From a virus (lineage: Duplodnaviria > Caudoviricetes), in the IMG/VR virus record IMGVR_UViG_3300029925_000036, positions 1 through 39,356 of that record: a stretch of DNA of 39,356 nucleotides; one strand, 5' to 3'. The notes below the pieces were generated by a model. That model was not told the origin of the DNA and did no database searches. It was given only the letters and a program-made list of their open reading frames with translations. Below, piece after piece: positions 18,442 to 26,693 of the stretch (position 1 is its first letter; every line of letters begins with the position of its first letter). The position numbers were made by a program, and so were the translations under genes.

Positions 18442-19224
18442 ATGTTTAATTATAGTGATGTTGTCCGTGCGGGCGGCCTGTTTTTTGCATCTCACAGCGG
18501 GGGCAAAGATTCCCAGGCGATGTACGCTCATATGATCGACATTGGCATACCTGTTGATCAGATCATCGTAGTCCATGCCCACTTAGGTGAGATAGAGTGG
18601 GACGGAATTCAAGGGCACATCGATGAAACCATAATGCATGATCTCAATACTGTACAGGCAGTCACTAGAGATGGTGAGCCAAATGATTTTTTAAAGATGG
18701 TAGCAAAGCGTGGGATGTGGCCCTCCCCCCAGTACAGGCAGTGTACTAGCGATCTAAAGCGTGGCCCCATCTACAAATTTATTCGCAGAGTTATGAAAGA
18801 ACGTGGCGCTACACTCGCAGTAAATTGCACGGGTATGCGAGCTGAAGAGAGCCCCGCCAGAGCTAAGAAGCAGCCCTGGTCAGAGAATAAAACACTGAGT
18901 AAAGCGGGGCGCACGGTGTACGAGTGGATGCCAATACACAGCTGGTCCGTAGATCAGGTATTCGATAAAATCTATGCGGCTGGTCAAAAACCATTTCACG
19001 CTTACGGTAAGCGCGGGGAACTCAATCAGAGATTATCATGTGTATTTTGCATTATGGGCAGTGTCAATGATCACCGCCATGGGGCTCAGCAACGACCGGA
19101 ATTATACGCGAAAATAATACAGATGGAGAAGAGCATGTGTCACACAATGTTCCCCGGAAAATCCATAGAAGAGCGCAATAGTTTACCCTTAATCAATGTA
19201 CAGCCAACTACACCCAACACCTAA
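18442..19224 (+). CDS. PAPS-reductase-family (PP-loop) protein
   Basis: SHSGGKDSQAM PP-loop, RQCTSDLK, GMRAEESPAR and RLSCVFCI. Confidence 0.88.
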   Translation: MFNYSDVVRAGGLFFASHSGGKDSQAMYAHMIDIGIPVDQIIVVHAHLGEIEWDGIQGHIDETIMHDLNTVQAVTRDGEPNDFLKMVAKRGMWPSPQYRQCTSDLKRGPIYKFIRRVMKERGATLAVNCTGMRAEESPARAKKQPWSENKTLSKAGRTVYEWMPIHSWSVDQVFDKIYAAGQKPFHAYGKRGELNQRLSCVFCIMGSVNDHRHGAQQRPELYAKIIQMEKSMCHTMFPGKSIEERNSLPLINVQPTTPNT

Positions 19225-19240
19225 TACCCACATAGTAGCC

Positions 19241-19626
19241 AGGGTTGTAGTCAGGTACTTTACAACTAGCTACAACTTTTTCTACTTACATTTCAGTAGC
19301 TTACAAGCGTTTTTACCGGTTTTGTAGTCAGGGGTAGTCAGGGTTGTAGTCAGTCTTTTTGGTACCTGACTACAACTTTTTCACCATACATTTCAGTGAC
19401 TTGCACACCAAAAACACCCGTTTGTAGTCAGACATTGCGTTTTCTCTACTTCTTCCTATTTCCCCCCTTTTCCCTCCCCCTTCTCTCTCCCCCTTATTAT
19501 TATTATTATTATTATTAATATAGATAAACACTGACTACTAACTACAGAATCGTGTAAGTCATTGGATACACACGCGAAAAAAGGTAGTCAGACCCACCCT
19601 ACCCTGACTACAACACTGACTACAAA
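19241..19626. repeat. Putative replication origin with direct and inverted GTAGTCAG iterons
   Basis: About 10 copies of GTAGTCAG/CTGACTAC in both orientations in non-coding DNA. They flank a polypyrimidine tract (19441-19493) and (TTA)8 (19494-19517), just upstream of the PrimPol-helicase operon. Confidence 0.75.
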
Positions 19627-19719
19627 CTAAATACCCCAGCTACATTGTGGGTATTTACAGGAATCCATCGGAGCTACAGCGCGAACTCAAAACCTCAACT
19701 CATGGAAATACGAAACCAC

Positions 19720-19748
19720 TTGCGCCGAACGCCGAACGTGTTTATACT
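19720..19748 (+). promoter_or_regulatory. Sigma70-like promoter for the HTH/primase operon
   Basis: TTGCGC-17 nt-TATACT, 32 nt before ATG 19781. Confidence 0.65.
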
Positions 19749-19780
19749 CTCCATATGTACTATAGAAACCGAGGGTTATC

Positions 19781-20029
19781 ATGGCATCTTTCTTAGAATC
19801 AGCAGCGGCAGCAGAGCACCTTGGAATATCACCCGGATACCTCCGCTACCTCCGCACTGACCAAGCTAAAAAGAAGGGCCACACCGGGCCAGCCTTCTAC
19901 CGGGTCAACCTGAATGACGGATCACCCAACCCCCACCGCGTACGCTACAAAAAGCCTGATTTGGATACCTGGTCATCAGAACGTGATGCGAAACACTCCG
20001 GCGTCCCAACCATCGAACGTGTGGGGTAG
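19781..20029 (+). CDS. Excisionase/AlpA-like HTH DNA-binding protein
   Basis: AAAEHLGISPGYLRYLR...GPAFYR...VRYKKPDLDTW. Confidence 0.8.
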   Translation: MASFLESAAAAEHLGISPGYLRYLRTDQAKKKGHTGPAFYRVNLNDGSPNPHRVRYKKPDLDTWSSERDAKHSGVPTIERVG

Positions 20030-20035
20030 CCTCAA

Positions 20036-22471
20036 GTGACAACACTCCTAGAGCAAGCGCTTGATCTCGCCGCGCGGGGCTATCGAGTACTACCGCTGCA
20101 GCGGGGATCCCGAAAGCCGAACCTCCACGAGTGGCAGCACCTCGCCTCAGATAATCCACAGCAGATTGATAGTTGGTGGAGTCGCAAGCCCAACGCGAAC
20201 ATCGGCATATTAACCGGCGGCACATTTATCGTCATCGACGTCGATATCAAATCAGGCAAGCACGGTGCAAAATCACTGGCTGAACTGAAAGCCAGGTACA
20301 ACCTACCGCAGACATACACGGTGCGCACCGCCTCTGGTGGCCTACACCTGTATTACCAGCACCCGGAACCGGGCGTGCACATTAAAAATCGAGTGAACTG
20401 GCACCCGGCCGGTATTTCAACAAAAGCCTCGGGTCTCGATATACGCGCTGATGGTGGTCAGGTGGTCGCACCGGGTATGCAGGTAGATGACTACCCAGGA
20501 GCTACGTATAAAGTTATTTTTGACATACCGCGCGCCACACTCCCACCATCACTGGTACCACACCTACCATACAAGGAGCCGCAAGATGGCACATCGACCG
20601 AACCGCAGACGAAACACACCGCAGTGGGTACCCGCGATAACACCACAGCTAGCGTGGGTGGTAGCCTTTCTAGCGTGCCTGATTACGCTCGCACCACTGG
20701 CCATGCTGGTGGCGCTGCTGCTGGCTTAGTCACAACAAATGAGAAATCCGAATACTCTAGTCTACCTACTAGCATCCCAGCTGGTGGCCGCGATGATACG
20801 ATATTCCGCTACCTCTGTAGCTGGCGGGAACGCAATTACCCAATCGATCACGCCGCCGTCCTGGCGACCGAGCTACATAGACGACTGGAGCAGCCCGCCG
20901 GAGATGTTATTAGCCTCAGCGACATACTCGCAAAGCTCAGACGCACGTATGCCACGTACAACCCATCCGAAAGCGATAAGGTCGCGCTACAGGCGGTCAG
21001 ACCGACGCAGCCACTGTCAACCATCGAGACACCCGCCCCAGCACAGATCGAGGCGCAGGCGGCCGCAGAAGGGCTAGCAGCTACCAACTTAGCTGACGAG
21101 TTGGGATTGGAACCGCAGGGCAGCGACATCACACCACCGCCGGAGTCAGTCGTGGACGCGCTGAATCGGTTCGTGCTGTGTGTTGAGAGTAATACAGTCA
21201 TCGACACGACAAAACACCCGCAGTACGCCGTACTCAAGATGGACTCGTTCAAGTCGGCGTTCGGTAACATCTCACTGAAGTCAGGTGGTCGCACGAACGC
21301 CAAATATTACCCGCTGCCTAAATTGTGGGTGCAGCACACCAACCGGCAGACAGTGGATGATTACGGTTATCTACCGAACGGGCCGCAGGTGTTTGACCAT
21401 CTAGGGACTCGCTTTTACAACCGGTGGGCACCGAGTGAGTTACATCGGGAGTACATCGACACACCACGCGCTACCTTAGAGAGCACCCCCAATTTAAAAA
21501 TATTTTGGGATCACCTCGACCTGATCTTTGAGGACGATGTAAAAGAACGCCAGGCATTCCTGAACTGGCTCGCGTACTCGATACGATACCCGGAGCGACG
21601 CATCTCACACGGCGTGCTGATTGTGTCGGATCCAGGTGTTGGCAAAAGCTGGTTCTATCGACTAATACAGTGCATGGCCGGGATATTTAACGTCAACACG
21701 GCGAGCAACGTGGAGCTGACGTCCAATTTCAATAGTTGGGTGTGGGGATGCTCGATGGTCGTCATACACGAACTGATGACCGGTAACAAACATGAAATGA
21801 TGCAGCAGCTTTTATCACTGGTGACGGAAGAGCGGATATTAATCAACGCCAAGCACAAGGGCGAAGTCATGCGGGACATCTACGCTAACTTTTTATGTTT
21901 CTCGAACCATGGGAACGCAGCCGCGATCAGCACACAGGACAGACGATTTTTCGTGTACCGCTCGGCGGCGATCAAGCGCGAGGCGGATTACTATAAGAAA
22001 TTATTCGCGTGGCTGGACACTGACGGGCCGCTGCACCTATTAGCCTATTTTCACAGTATGAGTTTCGCAGGGTTTAACCCTGGCGAGGCACCGATGATTA
22101 CTGCAGCCAAGCTCAGTATGATCAGCACCAACATGTCAACGATCGAGTCGATAATACGCGATGCGGTTGAGGATAAGGCTGGCCCGTTTGTAGCGGACAT
22201 CGTAACAGCCGAGTCGGTGGAAAAGTTCCTGGCGGCACGCGTCGAGCTGACTAATAAGGACGCTCACGCGATACAGCGCACGCTGACTAGCCTGTGCCCA
22301 CCCCTCCAACAGGATCGGTACAGTATCGACAAGACGCGTAAACAGTATCGACTGCGCGCCGTACGTAATGGGAGGAAGTGGTCACGTGCTACACCGCAGC
22401 AGGTACGAGATGAATTTTTAAAGTCGCTGGTCGCATCGGGTGCACCAGTCGTTGAAATTAAATCAGCATAG
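20036..22471 (+). CDS. Bifunctional primase-polymerase (Prim-Pol + PriCT) fused to an SF3-like helicase
   Basis: NIGILTG, VIDVD, TASGGLHLYY and DIRADGGQVVAP, then GGRDDTIF (PriCT), then Walker A PGVGKS, VVIHE, FSNH and DRRF. Confidence 0.9.
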   Translation: MTTLLEQALDLAARGYRVLPLQRGSRKPNLHEWQHLASDNPQQIDSWWSRKPNANIGILTGGTFIVIDVDIKSGKHGAKSLAELKARYNLPQTYTVRTASGGLHLYYQHPEPGVHIKNRVNWHPAGISTKASGLDIRADGGQVVAPGMQVDDYPGATYKVIFDIPRATLPPSLVPHLPYKEPQDGTSTEPQTKHTAVGTRDNTTASVGGSLSSVPDYARTTGHAGGAAAGLVTTNEKSEYSSLPTSIPAGGRDDTIFRYLCSWRERNYPIDHAAVLATELHRRLEQPAGDVISLSDILAKLRRTYATYNPSESDKVALQAVRPTQPLSTIETPAPAQIEAQAAAEGLAATNLADELGLEPQGSDITPPPESVVDALNRFVLCVESNTVIDTTKHPQYAVLKMDSFKSAFGNISLKSGGRTNAKYYPLPKLWVQHTNRQTVDDYGYLPNGPQVFDHLGTRFYNRWAPSELHREYIDTPRATLESTPNLKIFWDHLDLIFEDDVKERQAFLNWLAYSIRYPERRISHGVLIVSDPGVGKSWFYRLIQCMAGIFNVNTASNVELTSNFNSWVWGCSMVVIHELMTGNKHEMMQQLLSLVTEERILINAKHKGEVMRDIYANFLCFSNHGNAAAISTQDRRFFVYRSAAIKREADYYKKLFAWLDTDGPLHLLAYFHSMSFAGFNPGEAPMITAAKLSMISTNMSTIESIIRDAVEDKAGPFVADIVTAESVEKFLAARVELTNKDAHAIQRTLTSLCPPLQQDRYSIDKTRKQYRLRAVRNGRKWSRATPQQVRDEFLKSLVASGAPVVEIKSA

Positions 22472-22474
22472 GAG

Positions 22475-23341
22475 ATGAGTATGAATAGCTTACGAGGGCG
22501 AAAAAGATCAGGCATTAAAATGGAGCTTGTCGAAAAGCTTAATGAGTGGCTGGAATCAATAGCTGATGAGTCAGTGAGGAAGGCGGCCAAGGGTGATTGC
22601 ATTGTCACTGGTGGGGCTATCGCGTCAATGCTGCTTGGCGAGGCCGTGAACGACTTTGATATTTATTTTAGGACGAAAAGCACATCGCTTGTAGTTGCGA
22701 ATTATTACGCAAATAAGTTCAATGTAGATAATAACCCAGTAGATCGTGCGCAGGTGCGGGAGGAGTCAGTCCGAAATATCCGCGATGAACTCGAGGATAG
22801 AATTTCGATATTTATAGCATCGTCAGGCGTAGCGGCTGAAACTAGGCAGTACAAAGACGGGGAGGAAAAGCCGAAATACAGACCAGTATTTCTATCGCAA
22901 AACGCGATTACGCTGAGCGATAAATTCCAGCTTATCACTAGATTCTACGGTGAGCCAGCTAAGATCCATGATAACTATGACTTCGTTCATACGACTTGCT
23001 ATTTCGACCTTCGAAATGACGCGCTAGTGTTCCCCGCTGATGCCATGGAAGCAATGCTAAGTCGATCCCTGATCTATCGCGGGAGCCTCTACCCCGTTGC
23101 CAGTATATTCAGGACTAAGAAATTTATCGAGCGTGGCTGGAGAATATCGGCGGGCGAGCAATTAAAAATCATGTGGCAGATCAGTGAGATTGATCTATCG
23201 GACGTAGGCATAATGCGTGAGCAGCTCACAGGTGTGGACCAGGCGTTCATGTGCGAGCTAATCCACGCACTCGAAGGTGTGGACCAGGCGAAAATCACGA
23301 GTAGGTATGTCACTACTATCATAGATAAAATGTTCGAGTAA
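22475..23341 (+). CDS. Pol-beta-superfamily nucleotidyltransferase-like protein
   Basis: VTGGAIASMLLGEAVNDFDIYFR (GG...DxD), YDFVHT and R..KFIERGW, with an AGGAG Shine-Dalgarno. Confidence 0.65.
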   Translation: MSMNSLRGRKRSGIKMELVEKLNEWLESIADESVRKAAKGDCIVTGGAIASMLLGEAVNDFDIYFRTKSTSLVVANYYANKFNVDNNPVDRAQVREESVRNIRDELEDRISIFIASSGVAAETRQYKDGEEKPKYRPVFLSQNAITLSDKFQLITRFYGEPAKIHDNYDFVHTTCYFDLRNDALVFPADAMEAMLSRSLIYRGSLYPVASIFRTKKFIERGWRISAGEQLKIMWQISEIDLSDVGIMREQLTGVDQAFMCELIHALEGVDQAKITSRYVTTIIDKMFE

Positions 23342-23354
23342 TAGGAGATACACC

Positions 23355-23477
23355 ATAAAAACCGGCGTCCAACACCGCAAACACAGTCTGAACCTCAACC
23401 TGACGCACATGTCAGATCCCAGGACTGAACACTTGCTTTTAGAATACAAGTATCAGTTCAACCTGCGGGTGTGGTGA
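23355..23477 (+). CDS. Possible 40-codon ORF with an ATA start (or lost start codon)
   Basis: AGGAGA sits 6 nt upstream of ATA. The frame is open to a TGA that overlaps the next ATG (TGATG). Confidence 0.4.
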   Translation: MKTGVQHRKHSLNLNLTHMSDPRTEHLLLEYKYQFNLRVW

Positions 23478-23806
23478 TGAGCGCACAGAAATCAAATAGG
23501 CGTACAGGTCGTACGTATAGACTACTGCTGAATGTACTCCACACCACAAGCTCTGGTGGGCGAATGATCTACGTAGCCCCGACGTACCAAGCGCTGAGGC
23601 TGACGATCCAGATGGCACGTAGTATGGCGGAATGTGTCCAGTGCGCGTACCACACACGCCACAAGATAAACTTCATTGACCTCGACACACGTGAAGTAAT
23701 TGGCAGTGTCGAATTTATGCCAGCCAACATGTTCGACGGCGCTGTGAGATCGGGAGCCTATCGAGGCTACAAGGTTAAGCCTGAAGTAGTGTTTGATTTG
23801 ACATGA
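23477..23806 (+). CDS. Hypothetical protein with degenerate P-loop (RRTGRT...YVAPT)
   Basis: Resembles an isolated terminase/helicase ATPase N-terminal fragment. Confidence 0.55.
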   Translation: MSAQKSNRRTGRTYRLLLNVLHTTSSGGRMIYVAPTYQALRLTIQMARSMAECVQCAYHTRHKINFIDLDTREVIGSVEFMPANMFDGAVRSGAYRGYKVKPEVVFDLT

Positions 23807-24066
23807 GCTATAACTACCGCTGTGGTACCGCCAACTGCCGCCGCCAGGTGACGTTTAAAAAACTACTTGAGCAGTATGTCCGTGAGCGTAAGTGTGATCA
23901 CTGCGATGGTAAGCTGTACCGCACCCGGCGCGATAAAATCAGAAACAAAAAGCGTACCTGCGAGTGTGATGGGCTGCACTTCCCCCACCGAGCCGGTAGT
24001 ACCATATGGTGCAGCGAGCACCCCACCGGCCCGACGGACCAGGACCAGGAAGATAGGTACGGGTAG
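23803..24066 (+). CDS. Small Cys/His-rich (Zn-finger) protein
   Basis: CGTANC, CDHC and CECDGLHFPHRAGSTIWC; ATGA coupling. Confidence 0.7.
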   Translation: MSYNYRCGTANCRRQVTFKKLLEQYVRERKCDHCDGKLYRTRRDKIRNKKRTCECDGLHFPHRAGSTIWCSEHPTGPTDQDQEDRYG

Positions 24067-24067
24067 T

Positions 24068-24123
24068 ACTCAAGTTCGAATGAGCACCGACACCTGAAGG
24101 TCGGATTTGAGCGACTTGGCTCT
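24068..24123 (-). mobile_element. Degenerate attC-like site
   Basis: Minus strand CAAGTCGCTCAAATCCGAC-CTTCAGGT-GTCGGTGCTCATTCGAAC. It has an attC-type left arm and a right arm similar to the 24375 site, but the AAC/GTT cores are lost. Confidence 0.4.
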
Positions 24124-24155
24124 ATTTTTACTGGTATATTTACGGAGATTAATCA

Positions 24156-24374
24156 ATGAGAACAGAGCGAGAAATAGTGGATCAAACAAACAGTATTGCT
24201 CGTGCATTATACGAGCTGATGGGGTACTCGGTGGGTGACGACCATAAATTCTATGAGTTTGACCGAGTGAACTACCACCCTCACGAAAGACAGTGTTGGA
24301 ACGGCGCATGTAAAGCGCAGGAAATTATTACTAAAACAGATCCTAGCGACGCGCTGGAGGAGCTGGAGGAGTGA
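24156..24374 (+). CDS. Hypothetical protein between two attC-like sites
   Basis: 72 aa with a GGAG Shine-Dalgarno. The stop abuts the attC core. Confidence 0.7.
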   Translation: MRTEREIVDQTNSIARALYELMGYSVGDDHKFYEFDRVNYHPHERQCWNGACKAQEIITKTDPSDALEELEE

Positions 24375-24464
24375 ATATAACGTTTGAAGTGAGCACGCGG
24401 CGTGATGCTCTTTCAGGAAACAAACTACGACATGACCCGTCTGCTCTACAGATTGGTTATATTC
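24373..24464 (-). mobile_element. Integron attC-like recombination site
   Basis: GAATATAAC...GTTATATTC terminal inverted repeat. On the minus strand: R'' ATATAAC, 5-nt spacer, L'' TGTAGAGC, L' GCTCACT, 6-nt spacer, R' GTTATAT. Confidence 0.65.
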
Positions 24465-24489
24465 TTGCGGATTTGATTGGAGGTACGTA

Positions 24490-24978
24490 ATGGCTGATTT
24501 TAATTTAGCGATAGGAAAAACACTAGCACACGAGGGCGGTGCTAAGTTTACGGATGATCCTACTGATCGTGGAGGTGCGACCAAGTACGGCATATCACAA
24601 CGTGCGTATCCAGATTTAGACATTCGAAATTTAACTGAACAGCAGGCACGTGATATATACAAACGTGACTATTGGGATCGTATCCGCGCAGATGAGATAA
24701 ACTCTCAGGCAATGGCAGAAAACATCTTCGATACTTGCGTTAATATGGGCGTGCGCACTGGTAGTCGGCTGGCTCAAGTTGCGGCTGAGATCGCACCATC
24801 AGATGGGATAGTAGGTAGTCAGTCCATAGGGGCTCTCAATGAGTGCAATGATGAGATGTTCATCACTAACTTCACTATCGCAAAGATTGCCCGCTACGCC
24901 TATATCTGCAACAGAGATAAATCCCAAAAGCGATTCCTGCTTGGTTGGGTAAACCGAGCACTGGGAGCCGCACCATGA
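24490..24978 (+). CDS. Endolysin, glycoside hydrolase family 108 with peptidoglycan-binding domain
   Basis: HEGG...DDPTDRGGATKYGI, IYKRDYW, FDTCVNMG and FLLGWVNR. Confidence 0.92.
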   Translation: MADFNLAIGKTLAHEGGAKFTDDPTDRGGATKYGISQRAYPDLDIRNLTEQQARDIYKRDYWDRIRADEINSQAMAENIFDTCVNMGVRTGSRLAQVAAEIAPSDGIVGSQSIGALNECNDEMFITNFTIAKIARYAYICNRDKSQKRFLLGWVNRALGAAP

Positions 24979-25415
24979 ATTTTATAAAGGCGTTATTTAG
25001 TGGTGGTGATGTCGTTAAGTCTGTCGGTGACACACTCGACAACTTGTTCACCTCTGGCGAAGAGCGCATGGAAGCTGATTTGGAAATGGTGAAGGCCGAA
25101 AGAGGTTTCAACCTTGAGGAAAACAAACTAATAGCGCAGCAGAACATTGCGCAGATGGAGGTAAATAAGGCCGATGCCAACAGTGGTAAATTCTTCCAGG
25201 CGGGTTGGCGTCCTGCCATAGGTTGGGTTGGCGCGCTTGCATTGGCGTACCAATTCATCATCCACCCTCTCCTATCTTGGTTTTTAGTTATTTTTTCGTT
25301 TGATGTTGAGCCTCCTCCTCTGATCGACGCAAATGCACTGTATACAATCATCACTGGCATGTTGGGAATAGCAGGTATGCGCTCGTTCGATAAGCTCAAA
25401 AAGACAGACTCATGA
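24975..25415 (+). CDS. Holin (3TM/GTA-type family)
   Basis: LDNLFTS.EE, F.AGWRPAIGWVG and GMLGIAGMRSFDK. ATG 24975 overlaps the endolysin stop. Confidence 0.85.
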   Translation: MNFIKALFSGGDVVKSVGDTLDNLFTSGEERMEADLEMVKAERGFNLEENKLIAQQNIAQMEVNKADANSGKFFQAGWRPAIGWVGALALAYQFIIHPLLSWFLVIFSFDVEPPPLIDANALYTIITGMLGIAGMRSFDKLKKTDS

Positions 25416-25456
25416 CGCTCAGCAGCGTTACTACGTAACCTAAACGTAAATAGTTA

Positions 25457-25485
25457 TTGACGTAGAAGTAATTAAGCTGTAAGAT
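25457..25485 (+). promoter_or_regulatory. Sigma70-like promoter for the polymerase operon
   Basis: TTGACG-17 nt-TAAGAT with AT-rich sequence upstream. Confidence 0.7.
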
Positions 25486-25583
25486 TCAGTTATTGAAATA
25501 TACCCAAAAGCACACGACCACTAAAGATCAGGAGGGTCAGATGAAGAAGTACACACACGCAACAAGGATTCGGACGACTAATC

Positions 25584-26693
25584 ATGATCGGGCTTGACAT
25601 TGAGACCGCCCCTCGCGGCGACGCACCACCGGAGTACGCACTCCAGCCGTGGCGTGTCACTGAGGGGACCGCGCAGATCACGGCGGTCTCGCTGGTCAAG
25701 TCTAGCGGTGAGGCCCGCCTAGAGGCTACCGATGCCGGCTTTCGCAAGATACTCACAGTAGCTGAGAAATCAGGGCAGGCCATCTGCACATGGAACGGCA
25801 TATTTGATGTGGCCTTCCTGGTGGCAGCGGGTTATGACGTATCAAAGATCCGATGGTTGGACGCCATGCTTCTCTGGAAGTGGTATTCAAACTCTCAGCG
25901 CATGGAGTGGATACCCGCGTGGTCACTCGCCGATGGTGCTGGAAGATGGCTGTCGGACTGGCCACAGTTGGGGCAATTCCTCGCGCTTAAATCGACCGAT
26001 AACGTCGTCGGTGATGACGATCAGTACTGGGAGCTGCGCTGCAAGATGGATTCACTGGTGACGGTGATGATCGCGGAGATCATTTGGGCCAAGCTCACAC
26101 CCAAGCAGCAGCGATCAGCCATGATCACCATGCAATGCATCGTACCGGTCGCGCAGTCATGGTTCAAAGGCGTCAAGTTGCAGTTCGACACTATGGATCG
26201 CATGGCCCCCGCCGTGACGCGCGAGCTACAGGCGATTGAACAGAGCCTGGGTGTGCAGAACCCACCAGAGGCTAAGATTGCGAAGACTACTATTCTGTAT
26301 GGCGACTGGTTCCCATCGTCGATACTGAGATCACCGAAGCAGGTAGGAGAGCTGTTGTACGACACATGGGGTATCGAGTGTGACATGTTCACGGATAAGG
26401 GCGCACGTGCCACCTCCAAGGCTGCACTGACCTATATCGCAGACCATGACGACCGTGCGATCGAGATTCTCCGCTGGCGTGAGCTGAGCACACAGCTGAC
26501 CAAGTTCATCGAGTCACCTGGAAAAGCACGTGAGTATCTAATGTCAGATATTATGCACCCAGCACCGAAATTATTTAGTACATACACCGGGCGTATGACG
26601 TACAGCAGCAAGACCAAAAATAAATTCCACACGGGCATCGCGCTACATCAGTGGCCACGAAATAAAAAACTACGGGAATTGATACGAGTATGA
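25584..26693 (+). CDS. polA: DNA polymerase family A, N-terminal part (3'-5' exonuclease, thumb, first palm strands)
   Basis: ExoI GLDIET, ExoII WNGIFD, thumb RSPKQVGELLY, then TYTGRM and LHQWPR. It stops at RELIRV* just before motif A. Confidence 0.85.
   Translation: MIGLDIETAPRGDAPPEYALQPWRVTEGTAQITAVSLVKSSGEARLEATDAGFRKILTVAEKSGQAICTWNGIFDVAFLVAAGYDVSKIRWLDAMLLWKWYSNSQRMEWIPAWSLADGAGRWLSDWPQLGQFLALKSTDNVVGDDDQYWELRCKMDSLVTVMIAEIIWAKLTPKQQRSAMITMQCIVPVAQSWFKGVKLQFDTMDRMAPAVTRELQAIEQSLGVQNPPEAKIAKTTILYGDWFPSSILRSPKQVGELLYDTWGIECDMFTDKGARATSKAALTYIADHDDRAIEILRWRELSTQLTKFIESPGKAREYLMSDIMHPAPKLFSTYTGRMTYSSKTKNKFHTGIALHQWPRNKKLRELIRV

Noticed and set aside
19241-19626. CRISPR array or ncRNA in the repeat-rich intergenic region
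   Set aside because: The repeats are only 8-13 bp, irregularly spaced and in both orientations, which fits iterons. The Cas4-like gene is a common stand-alone phage nuclease.
19781-20029. Lysogeny module implied by the excisionase-like HTH and Leu762 PolA
   Set aside because: No integrase, CI-like repressor or partition genes are recognisable.
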